47,202 nucleotides of DNA from Bacteriovoracaceae bacterium. GTDB lineage: Bacteria; Bdellovibrionota; Bacteriovoracia; Bacteriovoracales; Bacteriovoracaceae. Position 1 is the first letter of the stretch. The number at the start of each line of letters is the position of its first letter. This document shows, piece after piece, positions 37,946 to 47,202 of this stretch. The DNA lies in assembly GCA_049599895.1 (NCBI GenBank), contig JBMYPC010000004.1, forward strand, positions 1 through 47,202, given 5' to 3'. The notes under the pieces are model-generated. The model worked only from the letters and a program-made list of their open reading frames with translations. It did no database searches and was not told where the DNA came from. The position numbers were made by a program, and so were the translations under genes.

Positions 37946-38706
37946 GCTCAGAAAAAATCTTAGAAGTTAAGAACTTAAACATTTGGTATGGCGACTTCCA
38001 TGCAGTAAAAAACATAAGCATTGATTATGGACCAAAGACCATTAGTGCCATCATTGGCCCTTCAGGCTGTGGAAAATCCACTTATATTCGCTGTCTAAAC
38101 AGAATCCATGAAGAAACTCCAGGTGCTCGTGCTGAAGGAGAAGTCCTTCTTAAAGGCGAAAACATCTTGGCTCCAGGAGTTGACCCTGTGGCCATAAGAC
38201 AAAAAATAGGGATGGTCTTTCAAAAGCCGAACCCCTTTCCCGCAATGAGTATCTACGACAATGTCATTGTTGGTCTCAAGCTTGCTGGAGTAAAAGACAA
38301 ACGAATACTTGATGAAGCTGTCGAAACTTGTCTTAAAAAATCAGCCCTTTGGGATGAAGTCAAAGACAAGCTCCAAAAGCCTGGAACATCTCTTTCAGGT
38401 GGTCAGCAACAAAGGCTCTGTATTGCAAGATCTCTTGCTGTGGATCCACCAGTTCTTCTTATGGATGAACCGACCTCGGCACTTGATCCCATTGCCACTG
38501 CTAAAATTGAAGAGCTTATGGCCGACCTTAAAAACGATTATACGGTCATTGTGGTCACCCATAATATGCAACAAGCCGCTCGTATCGCTGATAATGTTAG
38601 TTTTTTCGTTCTAGGAGACCTCATCGAGCATGGAACGAGCCAACAAATATTCGAATCCCCTAAAAACAAAAAAACTCAAGAATACATCTCTGGGCAATTC
38701 GGTTAA
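37942..38706 (+). CDS. pstB: Phosphate ABC transporter ATPase
   Basis: [24 protein letters not shown] and DEPTSALDP. Confidence 0.97.
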   Translation: MSSEKILEVKNLNIWYGDFHAVKNISIDYGPKTISAIIGPSGCGKSTYIRCLNRIHEETPGARAEGEVLLKGENILAPGVDPVAIRQKIGMVFQKPNPFPAMSIYDNVIVGLKLAGVKDKRILDEAVETCLKKSALWDEVKDKLQKPGTSLSGGQQQRLCIARSLAVDPPVLLMDEPTSALDPIATAKIEELMADLKNDYTVIVVTHNMQQAARIADNVSFFVLGDLIEHGTSQQIFESPKNKKTQEYISGQFG

Positions 38707-38815
38707 GTAATCGTTCTTTTTTGTCTTTCCTTAGTGATCTCGCTATCCAGCGTCTAGTGCCATAGACCCTTTCTTGATATCATATGCCAATACCCACAAA
38801 TCAATGGAGTGAATT

Positions 38816-39337
38816 ATGGTATGGGATTATATCCAACAGGGCGGAATCATCATGTATATTCTTTTGGCCCTCAATATTATTGGCTTTACGATCATGTTCT
38901 CAAAAGCCTACATCCTTTTTAAGCATGGAGTTGAAATCCCTGATGTGGCCAACAAGATTTCAGGAACAATCAAAGGTCAGAATCAAAAAGACACTGAGTT
39001 CGTCATGGAGCTTGCTAAAAGAGAAGTAAGTCAGCACATGGATACTCTTGAAACAGGTCTTAATACTGTTAAGATCATCGCTTCTATTGCCCCTCTTCTC
39101 GGTCTTCTTGGTACAGTTATTGGGGTCTTTATCTCTTTTAAAATCATGGCCGAAACAGGAATGGGAAGCCCTGAGAAGTTCGCTAACGGAATCTCTATGG
39201 CCCTCTTAACAACAGTGGCAGGTATGGTCGTTGCTATCCCTCATTATGTTGGTCATAACTATCTCCTTTCCATGGTCGACAAGCTTGAGAGCCGCATTGA
39301 AAAAGTCGTGATCTCAAAGCTTGGTGAGGCGGCATAA
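38816..39337 (+). CDS. exbB: MotA/TolQ/ExbB proton channel protein
   Basis: APLLGLLGTVIG...GISMALLTTVAG. Confidence 0.85.
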   Translation: MVWDYIQQGGIIMYILLALNIIGFTIMFSKAYILFKHGVEIPDVANKISGTIKGQNQKDTEFVMELAKREVSQHMDTLETGLNTVKIIASIAPLLGLLGTVIGVFISFKIMAETGMGSPEKFANGISMALLTTVAGMVVAIPHYVGHNYLLSMVDKLESRIEKVVISKLGEAA

Positions 39338-39340
39338 AAT

Positions 39341-39733
39341 ATGAAAAAACGAACGCGAGAAGGCCTCACATTTGAGCTCACCCCTCTTATTGACGTTGTC
39401 TTTCTTCTTCTGATCTTTTTTATGGTCACTACAGTCTTTAAAAAAGATCAGTCCATTTTAGATCTGAATCTTCCTAAAACTGATTTAAGCGGTGGTGGAG
39501 TTCAAAAGAAAGAAAAACGACTCAATGTTGAACTGAGTGAGACAGACCTAGCCGTGAATGGCAAAAAATATGCGATTGAGGAGTTCGAAGGTTTTCTTGG
39601 AACTCTCAAAGACTCAAAGGTTCCTGTAGATCTTAAAGTTGATAAAAAGGTTGCCTACGAGCGCCTAGTTAAAGTTCTTGAACTTCTTCAGAAAAAGAAC
39701 TTCTCAAATCTTTCACTTATCACCAATAATTGA
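39341..39733 (+). CDS. exbD: ExbD/TolR family protein
   Basis: LTPLIDVVFLLLIFFMV. Confidence 0.88.
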   Translation: MKKRTREGLTFELTPLIDVVFLLLIFFMVTTVFKKDQSILDLNLPKTDLSGGGVQKKEKRLNVELSETDLAVNGKKYAIEEFEGFLGTLKDSKVPVDLKVDKKVAYERLVKVLELLQKKNFSNLSLITNN

Positions 39734-39766
39734 AAAAAAGGTGGGTCATTCGACCCGCCTCATTTT
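39733..39766 (-). terminator. Rho-independent terminator (mainly for the large metalloprotease gene; possibly bidirectional)
   Basis: aggtgggtc-attc-gacccgcct stem with an A7 run on the left (U-tract on the minus strand). Confidence 0.75.
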
Positions 39767-39795
39767 CATAATCATTTATAACTTTAAGAACGTGA

Positions 39796-42700
39796 TTACA
39801 TCGACATGAATAAAAGAGCATTTGTGTAGATCTGAAGCTGGGCTTCGTACTCTTTGAAGCTTTTTCTGTACACTTTCGCTTCTTCAATACTCTGCTCATT
39901 TTGAGCTTTCGTTTCTTTAATGATCTCGGGAATCTTTTCTGCAACAAATGGAACCTGATCCATTGAAACACCTGATTCAGCTAAGATGTCTTTAACAGTC
40001 TTTTCAACAATTGTGTTCTCTGCTTCCATCTTGGCCTTAATCTCAGCAAGCATTCTCTTGTACTCATTAAGAGCAATGTTATTAGTTTCAAACTCATTGG
40101 CAAGTTTAGCAAAGTTGATAAAGTTCATTTGAGCATCACTTTGCTCACTTGAACCTTGAGCCTCTGCCATTTGCTGAATGTTTTGAATGAGAGACTGAAA
40201 ATAAGTTTGAATAACCGGTCCAGTCACACCATCCATAAGCTGCTGAAGCTCTCTCGTCTTAGTTTGAAGAGTTGCTTGAAGTTCTTCCATAATTTTAGCA
40301 GGAGTCTTCGTTGCAAAGTCTTCAGTTGTCGGTAAGATTAACTTAAGAGCTTTTTCAAGTTTCTCTTCAACAAGCTTTTCAACTCCGTTAATCGCTGCTT
40401 CTCTTAGCCTTACAAGGTTATTACGATCCTCGATGATAGTATAAGCAATATAGCTATCTTGAGTTGCGATGATCGTTCGACCTCCAACATTCGTTTGGGC
40501 AAGTTTGATTTGCGGATTCTGCTGAGCATACTGTAAGTACTGCTGAACAAGCTGCGGGTTAATGATCGCCGCAAATGGGTTTGATCTTTGCTCAGAAGCT
40601 TTTTGCTTACCTGGAACTCGCATCGATTCAGCAAGGAGAACATAGTTCATCATGAGAACTTCTTGCTTTTCAGCAAAGAAGGGATAGAACTTTCCAGCTT
40701 CTTCTTTTTCAGTAGCAAGCTCGCTTCTAATTTGACTTCTTATGACTTGAATTCTCTGTTGCATGTCTGCAATTTGCGCAGCGGTTTCAAGTTGCTTCTT
40801 TTTAAGTTCAGCAATCTTCGCTGTTAATGTCTCAACAGTTTCAACATCACCTTCTTCTTCAGCTTCATCAAGCTGTTGTTGAGCTTGTTGAAGATCTTGA
40901 GTTGTTTGAGCATCTTGTTCTTGGACCTCTTGGGCTTGCTCAGCAAGCTCATTAACTTCTTCTCTAAGCTCTGTCTCTTGAGCTGGAAGTTCTGTTTCTT
41001 CATCAGTTGTTTCCTCAGAAGATGTCCCAAGAGCCGCCATCTGCTCTTCCATTTTTTCAATTTGATCATCAAGTTTCATGATCTCTTCACTAAGAGTTTG
41101 AATCGTGCTTTCAAGGCTCATGAATCCTAACATAAGGTTCATATTCCCTTGAACGACTTGATTAACTTCAGCATCAGTGATTGTACTCGGATCAATTGAG
41201 ATCTTGATCTTAAGGTCATTTGTGTTAACCCCATTGATAATTCTTGACATCGTAATCTGAGTCAGAGCTGGTCTGTACCAAGGACTATCCATGAATGAAG
41301 GAGCAAATTGTTCTTCAAAATGCTGCTTTAATTGTGGATTTCTTTCAGTCAGAGTTAAGATCGCCGCTCTTTGAACAATGTTAATTCCAACATGATCATA
41401 CTCATCATACTCAGGGTTTGCGACTTCAAGAGATCTCTTTACACCATTGAAGAAGTGCCCTCTCTTATCGAGGTACTGGAGACCTTTTGACTCAAGGTAA
41501 TTTGCCACAATCATGTCATCACAATCAGAAGCGACAACTTGCATGTTCTCAAAGATCTCACTTCTTAGCTGTTCAAAAGGAAGAAGTTGAATCGAGACTG
41601 AGTCTGTAATCAGTTTCGCCTGACAATAACGAGTTGGAATTTTCACTATGTTTTGAAGGAATACATACGCTAACTGAGAAGCTTGAAAGTATTCTTGAAA
41701 ATTCTTTCCATGAACACCTTCGTCCTGTGCCATTGCTTGTAATAATGTTTGGAATTGCTTCTCATCCAAGTTTTCAAGATATCCTGAAGTTGTATAACGA
41801 TACTCTTCACTTGATTCGATGAACTTCTTTAAATGAAATCGCCATTGGTCATAGATTTTTTTGATTTTTTGAAAGTGTGCTGAGTAAGCATACATTCCAA
41901 ATCTCATGTCATCAGGACCTCTGTTTCGATCGTAACGAGACCCATAAACAGCATAATCAGACTCAAATTGCGCGATTGAGTTCTTCACAACCTCAAGTGG
42001 AGTATCCCCTGGCTGAAATCTCTGACAGAGAGGATCCACTTGATTATTAGAAACAAGCCATCCCCCCTGGACAGGTTGCCATCTTTGAATATCTTCATCA
42101 GTACAATACTTGAATCTTTTTTCGAATTCGACTTCAGCTTGAGCGAAGGCCTCTTTAATTGATTTACCTTCAATGAGCTTAACTTTCGATCCATCTTTTG
42201 CAAGAACCTCTTGAGCATAACCGTAACGGATAGCTTCCACATCATAGCTTCCAACATCTTTTACGTTATGAATTTTAAAGTAGTCCATAACAGAAGCAGA
42301 TTGAGGAGTTTTAAAGTCATCAGGTTTAGCAAAATTCTTTCTGTCGGTATCAGCAAGGAAGTTATGTCTTAAACCAAGATTATGGCCCATCTCGTGAAGA
42401 ACAACACCTAGAAGAACTTGATCAATGATTTTATCTTTACAGACATTAAGAACTTTAAGCTCTTCAGTTGTATTATAAAGACTCTCATCAGCTTTGACGC
42501 TATCAACGTAAGCATCGATATCAGCCCCACAATGTTCCTTAATAAGATCGACAACTTCAGAACTTCTTCCACCATCGTAGTTATAGCATTGTCTCATGTT
42601 ATAAGTTTCAAGAACTCCTTTTTTAGGAACAAAAAGCATTTTTGCATTCTTATAAGGTTTTCTGACTTTGCTTGTATCAATGTCATTAAGGTCATACTTT

Positions 42701-44715
42701 GAAGAAGTGTAACCATAAATTTCTTTTGCGGGGTCAATCAGCTCAGGTTGCTTTCCTTTGAACTGACGGATAAGAGACTGAAGTTTAGATCCTCTTCCAG
42801 AGTTCGAATCAAGATTCGGGAGAGACTCTTCTGCATGAAAGCTTAGAGCCGAAAGACCGTTGGCTGCAGCTCCACCACTTGACTCCATACCAGTGTCAGT
42901 GACTCCAATGTACTTGTCATTAAAAAACCCTAATTTTGCTTTAATGTAGTTTCTGGCCTGCTCAGAAATTTCCTCTCTATATCCACCGGCTCTTACATTC
43001 GCCGTGGCAGAGATAATCTCACCCGTAAGAGGATCAACAAGTTGTGGACCATATCCACCAGCGTCACCACCGATATTATCAATGATGTTAATAACGTTAT
43101 AACGGATATCTCCGACTTTTACTTTTTTCGAAGTATCGAGTTTTACCCTCATTCCAGTCCCAGCTTTTTGGAAAGCTTTGTCCCAGATATCAACCGCATC
43201 CTGAGAGAGTTTTTTAAACTTGTCATCTGTAAAAACAGACATATGATAAACAATTTCTCCATTTTCAGGCATGTGCTTTGAGATCGTGATTTGATTTTGA
43301 AAATCATCTTCTCTATAAAACTCATCATCACGAACAAAGTTTTTATTTCCTGTGAAAAAGCCAAAGATCTTTTGATCATCTTTAGGATATCTTTTAGGCT
43401 TAAGATTTGGATGATATCTATTATTGGCTTTCATAAATGAGTACTTGACTCGAATTTTAGAATCAACATACTCAAGATCAAATGAGAAATAATCTTTTGA
43501 ATAAACAAAGTCATGAAGGACTGTTTTTTCGCTACTTGAAGCTGCAGAACGAACCTTGGTGAAATCAACCTTAATAAACTTTAAGTCTCTCCAGTTACGA
43601 GACTCTAAGCTATCAGCATCAATCCTTTTAATTACGGCCTGACGGTCTGGACCGTCTTGCTTAATCATTTTAGAAAACCTTTCAACGGGAAGTTCTAAAA
43701 CAAGATTAAGGTTTAGGTCATTACTTTGATCAATATCATCATCAACGTTCAAACTAACAGCTTTTACAAAACCTTTTCTGTTTCTAAACTGTACTCGTGA
43801 CGCTTCTTCTTGTTGGCTTATATCAAAGCCAAGCTGCCCACCAATATTACTCGTGTTTGTCTCCGATGCTTCCGTGATCGTTGCAGAAAAATACCACTCG
43901 TCATCCTCGCTAAAGAGAGTCGCGGGCATCTCATTTACAGCATCATAACTTGTAGGAGACCCGGAACTATAGTTTATACTAAAAGAAACAGCCTCAGATA
44001 AATTGTTTACAGGAAGCTTAAATCTCTTATTCGTGTTCTCTCCGTTTCCATCCTTTTGAAACATGTACTTGTAAATTGAAATTCCATAACTATAGATTGG
44101 GATTCTATATATAACTGCATTTTCAGCCTCAGCTTGAAGCTTTGCGAGCTCTGACTGCTTTAATTTAATTTCTTTATATAGCTCTCTTTCTTTTTCAAGC
44201 GAATCTACAGCCTTCACTTTGCTCTTAAGATCATCTAACGATGTACCAAGTGCATCCATTTTTTGTAATACTAAGTCGAGTTTGTCATAATCTATAATTT
44301 CAGGAGTCCCTTCAACAAACTCATAAGAAGGTGCTTCAGATTTTTTCACATGCTTATAGAGAATGATCTTTGTGTTGGTAAGACCATAAGAAAATGTATA
44401 AGTTTTTCCAACTTCACCTCTAAGTAGTATATTGCTAGCAAGTCCTAACTCATCACCCTGGGTTTTATAAGTTACGAGTGGAAAGTCTTTCACTTTATTT
44501 TGTCCGTCTAAAGTCGGATCTGATTCGGCAGCAGTAATCTGTGAACTACTTGATAATCCTCCGGTTGCCATGACTTTAAAGGTCTTCCCATTAAAATTGG
44601 AAATACTCTTTAAGTATTCTTCTTGGGTAGTTTGAGTAAACTCTGGCGCTCTCTCTTTTGAACAGGATGCAAGTATTGTCATGATAAATAACATTGGTAA
44701 TAGATGACGAGACAT
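39796..44715 (-). CDS. Large zinc metalloprotease lipoprotein (EcxA/DUF4953-like) with coiled-coil inserts
   Basis: Lipobox LASC; WDKAF, GDIRYN, DPLTGEI, HEMGHNLGLRHNF and SVMDY; Q/E-rich heptad regions. Confidence 0.88.
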   Translation of the reverse strand: MSRHLLPMLFIMTILASCSKERAPEFTQTTQEEYLKSISNFNGKTFKVMATGGLSSSSQITAAESDPTLDGQNKVKDFPLVTYKTQGDELGLASNILLRGEVGKTYTFSYGLTNTKIILYKHVKKSEAPSYEFVEGTPEIIDYDKLDLVLQKMDALGTSLDDLKSKVKAVDSLEKERELYKEIKLKQSELAKLQAEAENAVIYRIPIYSYGISIYKYMFQKDGNGENTNKRFKLPVNNLSEAVSFSINYSSGSPTSYDAVNEMPATLFSEDDEWYFSATITEASETNTSNIGGQLGFDISQQEEASRVQFRNRKGFVKAVSLNVDDDIDQSNDLNLNLVLELPVERFSKMIKQDGPDRQAVIKRIDADSLESRNWRDLKFIKVDFTKVRSAASSSEKTVLHDFVYSKDYFSFDLEYVDSKIRVKYSFMKANNRYHPNLKPKRYPKDDQKIFGFFTGNKNFVRDDEFYREDDFQNQITISKHMPENGEIVYHMSVFTDDKFKKLSQDAVDIWDKAFQKAGTGMRVKLDTSKKVKVGDIRYNVINIIDNIGGDAGGYGPQLVDPLTGEIISATANVRAGGYREEISEQARNYIKAKLGFFNDKYIGVTDTGMESSGGAAANGLSALSFHAEESLPNLDSNSGRGSKLQSLIRQFKGKQPELIDPAKEIYGYTSSKYDLNDIDTSKVRKPYKNAKMLFVPKKGVLETYNMRQCYNYDGGRSSEVVDLIKEHCGADIDAYVDSVKADESLYNTTEELKVLNVCKDKIIDQVLLGVVLHEMGHNLGLRHNFLADTDRKNFAKPDDFKTPQSASVMDYFKIHNVKDVGSYDVEAIRYGYAQEVLAKDGSKVKLIEGKSIKEAFAQAEVEFEKRFKYCTDEDIQRWQPVQGGWLVSNNQVDPLCQRFQPGDTPLEVVKNSIAQFESDYAVYGSRYDRNRGPDDMRFGMYAYSAHFQKIKKIYDQWRFHLKKFIESSEEYRYTTSGYLENLDEKQFQTLLQAMAQDEGVHGKNFQEYFQASQLAYVFLQNIVKIPTRYCQAKLITDSVSIQLLPFEQLRSEIFENMQVVASDCDDMIVANYLESKGLQYLDKRGHFFNGVKRSLEVANPEYDEYDHVGINIVQRAAILTLTERNPQLKQHFEEQFAPSFMDSPWYRPALTQITMSRIINGVNTNDLKIKISIDPSTITDAEVNQVVQGNMNLMLGFMSLESTIQTLSEEIMKLDDQIEKMEEQMAALGTSSEETTDEETELPAQETELREEVNELAEQAQEVQEQDAQTTQDLQQAQQQLDEAEEEGDVETVETLTAKIAELKKKQLETAAQIADMQQRIQVIRSQIRSELATEKEEAGKFYPFFAEKQEVLMMNYVLLAESMRVPGKQKASEQRSNPFAAIINPQLVQQYLQYAQQNPQIKLAQTNVGGRTIIATQDSYIAYTIIEDRNNLVRLREAAINGVEKLVEEKLEKALKLILPTTEDFATKTPAKIMEELQATLQTKTRELQQLMDGVTGPVIQTYFQSLIQNIQQMAEAQGSSEQSDAQMNFINFAKLANEFETNNIALNEYKRMLAEIKAKMEAENTIVEKTVKDILAESGVSMDQVPFVAEKIPEIIKETKAQNEQSIEEAKVYRKSFKEYEAQLQIYTNALLFMSM

Positions 44716-44841
44716 ATAAACCCCTAAAATTACAAGTTAGACCAATCCCTGGCTTCTCAATTAATGACGCAGTTTATCAGCTTGTCTTTAAACGACAATT
44801 GCCTGTGTAAAAAATGGACAATGGAGGCACTTTTCAGAGTG

Positions 44842-44870
44842 ATAAGCTCTTATTGGGCTTAAGAGCTTAT
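44842..44870 (-). terminator. Inverted repeat downstream of the GT4 gene (possible terminator)
   Basis: ataagctctt-N9-aagagcttat; AT-rich, with no strong U-tract. Confidence 0.4.
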
Positions 44871-44901
44871 AAATTTTACTTAGTGAATTGTAAGTTTGCG
44901 A

Positions 44902-46032
44902 TTAAGAAAAGAGTCCTTCATAGATATCAAGAAGCTCAGCCGAGACTTTTTCTGAGCGGAATTTCTGCGCCTGAATGAGTCCCAAGTTGATATACTGTCT
45001 CTTTTTTTCTTCACTTGAAAGTATTTCAAGAGCCGAATTGGCGATCTCGTCACAGTCTTTAGGATTTACAATTTTCGCCGCCCCACCCGCTGCTTCTTCA
45101 TGACCAGAGCCCATAGAGGTGATCACTGGACAACCGGAGGCCATGGCCTCAACAATGGGAAGACCAAAGCCTTCATAAAGACTTGGAAATATAAAAAGTT
45201 CAGCTTGCTTATAAAGATAATGAAGATGTTTAGTTTTAAGGTCAGTGTAAAGATGGAAAGAATCAAAAACCTTAAGTTCTTTAGCAAGGTTTCTCAGCGA
45301 TTCTTTTTGAGCTTCAGAACCTTTTCCAACGATAATAAGGTGAAGATTAGGTTTTTCTTTTTTTATTTTAGAAAAGCTCTTAATAAGACTTTCATGGTTT
45401 TTATTTTCGACTAAAGCGCCTACTCCTAAAATAAAAGGATAATTAATATCCAGTTTTTGTACCTCTGACTCAAGAGAAACTTCTTGAAAATATTCATCAT
45501 CAATTGCCTGATAAAGAACTTTTATTGGTTTATAGGTCTCTGGGAAGACTCTCATAAGATCTGCTTTAGTATTCTCACAGATTGTGAGAATAAGGTCCGC
45601 TTCTTTAATCGCATGAGCGATTTTCTTTCGATAGGTAATACGATCAATCGGTTTAAAATGTTCAGGAAAAATATCAAACATTAAATCGTGGATGGTCACC
45701 ACAACCTTACGAGCATAGTTTTTTATTCCGTAGGGAACTTCATGGCTAAGACCATGAAAAACATCAAGCTTAAGATCTTTTGAGGCCTTACCAATTCCAA
45801 AACTTCTCCATAAACTGGGAAGCATTCTCGAGACGGCTTTCTCTGGAAGAACTCTTTTGACTAATGAATGATCTTTGTAAAAGTTCTCAAAGTCTCGATG
45901 AACCTTAGGAGTAAAAAGATAGAACTCTGAATCTTTAGATTTCTCAACTAAACTTGTTATTAATGTTCGCGAATAATAACCTAAGCCTCTGTGATTACAG
46001 AACGCTCTTTTTGCATCGAAGCCAATCTTCAC
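44902..46032 (-). CDS. Glycosyltransferase family 4 (GT-B)
   Basis: VVTIHDL, KN and FPSLYEGFGLPIVEAMASG. Confidence 0.93.
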   Translation of the reverse strand: MKIGFDAKRAFCNHRGLGYYSRTLITSLVEKSKDSEFYLFTPKVHRDFENFYKDHSLVKRVLPEKAVSRMLPSLWRSFGIGKASKDLKLDVFHGLSHEVPYGIKNYARKVVVTIHDLMFDIFPEHFKPIDRITYRKKIAHAIKEADLILTICENTKADLMRVFPETYKPIKVLYQAIDDEYFQEVSLESEVQKLDINYPFILGVGALVENKNHESLIKSFSKIKKEKPNLHLIIVGKGSEAQKESLRNLAKELKVFDSFHLYTDLKTKHLHYLYKQAELFIFPSLYEGFGLPIVEAMASGCPVITSMGSGHEEAAGGAAKIVNPKDCDEIANSALEILSSEEKKRQYINLGLIQAQKFRSEKVSAELLDIYEGLFS

Positions 46033-46047
46033 TTAACGAAGCTTCCT

Positions 46048-47202
46048 TTATCCTTCAAGAGGGATCTGAAGCCTTTGTCCTGGAAAGATTTTTCCAGACT
46101 TCATTTTGTTAAAGCGCTTAAGTCTTTGCAGACTAACTCCGTGGCGTTTGGCAATTTTATAGAGGTTATCACCTTTTCGAACTGTGTAGAATCGAGAATT
46201 TGAAGCAGGGACTCTTAGTTTTTGTCCAACGAAAATTTTAGAGCTTCTTAGTTTATTAAAGTTTTTAAGAGTTCCAACACTTGTGCTGTATTTTCTTGCA
46301 ATTGTACTGAGGTTCTCTCCAGAACGAACCACGTGAGTCTCTTTATTGCGAGAAGCAACAGACCGGCTCGCTTTTTGGGTCACAGCTCTACCAGTTTTTA
46401 ATCTTTGACCAACAAAGATTTTATTGGAACGAAGACCGTTGAGTCGTTTAAGCTTTGAAACACCCAGACCGTATCTCTTAGCAATCCTTGAGAGGTTTTC
46501 GCCAGATCTTACTTTGTGAACCGCTGCAGTTGAACTTGCGATATCTCGAGATGATGGTCTCGCCTTTCTGAGTGACCCTAGAGTTTTGTGTTCAGGGATT
46601 AATAATCGATAACTTCTTCTTTTTGTCACGCGAACATAAGAGTTTTTAATATCAGGATTTAATTTCTTAAACTCTGATTGAGAGACATTGAGAGACTTTA
46701 ATACGTCTCGAGTGTTAAAGCTGTGAGGGACACGGTGGAATTTAACTTTGGCAAATTCACTTGAAGCCGAATCATTGATAACAAAGCCATAGCGAGAAGG
46801 ATTGTCTGCAAGATATTTAGCAGCTGCAACTTTTGGAATATAATAAACAGTTTCCTTAGGAAGCAACTTAAGCTCAACTAATTTCCTATAGTCTCTGGTG
46901 TTACCTTTTCGAATCACATTAATGATTCGATACTCTCCGGCATTATAAGCACAAAGAGCAAGCTCCCAACTTCCAAAAATATTATAGAGATCTTTAAAGT
47001 AGCTAGCTGCTGCATGCGTGGCCTTAATTAAGTTCGTTCTTTCATCAACATATCGATCCACTCTTAGTCCATATCGAGTGGCTGTACCTTTGATAAATTG
47101 CCAAGGCCCAACAGCTGAAGCTCGAGAACGGATATAAGTGTTATAACCACTTTCAATAAGTCCTACATAATAGAGGTCTCCTGGAAGTCCATGTTCCTTA
47201 AA
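46048..47202 (-). CDS. mltD: MltD-like lytic transglycosylase with three LysM domains (5' end outside window)
   Basis: The frame is open to the window edge: GLIESG (catalytic E), AVGPWQF, DER, AYNAGE, LPKET, then 3x (H/Y)xVRxG(E/D)NL LysM. Confidence 0.9.
   Translation of the reverse strand, partial: FKEHGLPGDLYYVGLIESGYNTYIRSRASAVGPWQFIKGTATRYGLRVDRYVDERTNLIKATHAAASYFKDLYNIFGSWELALCAYNAGEYRIINVIRKGNTRDYRKLVELKLLPKETVYYIPKVAAAKYLADNPSRYGFVINDSASSEFAKVKFHRVPHSFNTRDVLKSLNVSQSEFKKLNPDIKNSYVRVTKRRSYRLLIPEHKTLGSLRKARPSSRDIASSTAAVHKVRSGENLSRIAKRYGLGVSKLKRLNGLRSNKIFVGQRLKTGRAVTQKASRSVASRNKETHVVRSGENLSTIARKYSTSVGTLKNFNKLRSSKIFVGQKLRVPASNSRFYTVRKGDNLYKIAKRHGVSLQRLKRFNKMKSGKIFPGQRLQIPLEG

Noticed and set aside
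36358..38614. Short alternative ORFs inside pstC/pstA/pstB
   Set aside because: Off-frame or antisense to well-conserved genes.
40410..44001. Multiple short ORFs within the large metalloprotease gene
   Set aside because: Antisense or off-frame shadows typical of biased codon usage; no independent signals.

Overview
AT-rich bacterial chromosome segment. The gene mix (HD-GYP and PilZ-like proteins, EcxA-like metalloprotease lipoproteins, TIGR03545/03546 pair, sigma28-type promoters) suggests a Bdellovibrionota (Bacteriovoracaceae-like) predator; this is inference. The first ~1.8 kb looks like the edge of an integrated element. It holds a frameshift-split tyrosine integrase, a small antisense ORF, a complete tRNA-Ala(GGC) bracketed by a 13-bp inverted repeat, a structured spacer, and a second, sequence-divergent 5' fragment of tRNA-Ala(GGC) behind the apparent host promoter. 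A candidate three-hairpin sRNA with CsrA-type loops follows. The rest is mostly core genome: an ankyrin protein; a 5'-nucleotidase/HDAC/GT2/AKR/nucleosidase-like/SPL-like radical SAM cluster; rpmB, rpmG (missed by the ORF track) and rpmE2; HD-GYP and PilZ-like genes; Rsm22-like; pyrE; two metalloproteases; ung; sfsA; dppABC; a divergent GGT; pstSCAB; exbBD; GT4; and a partial mltD. All calls come from reading motifs by eye; no database searches were run.
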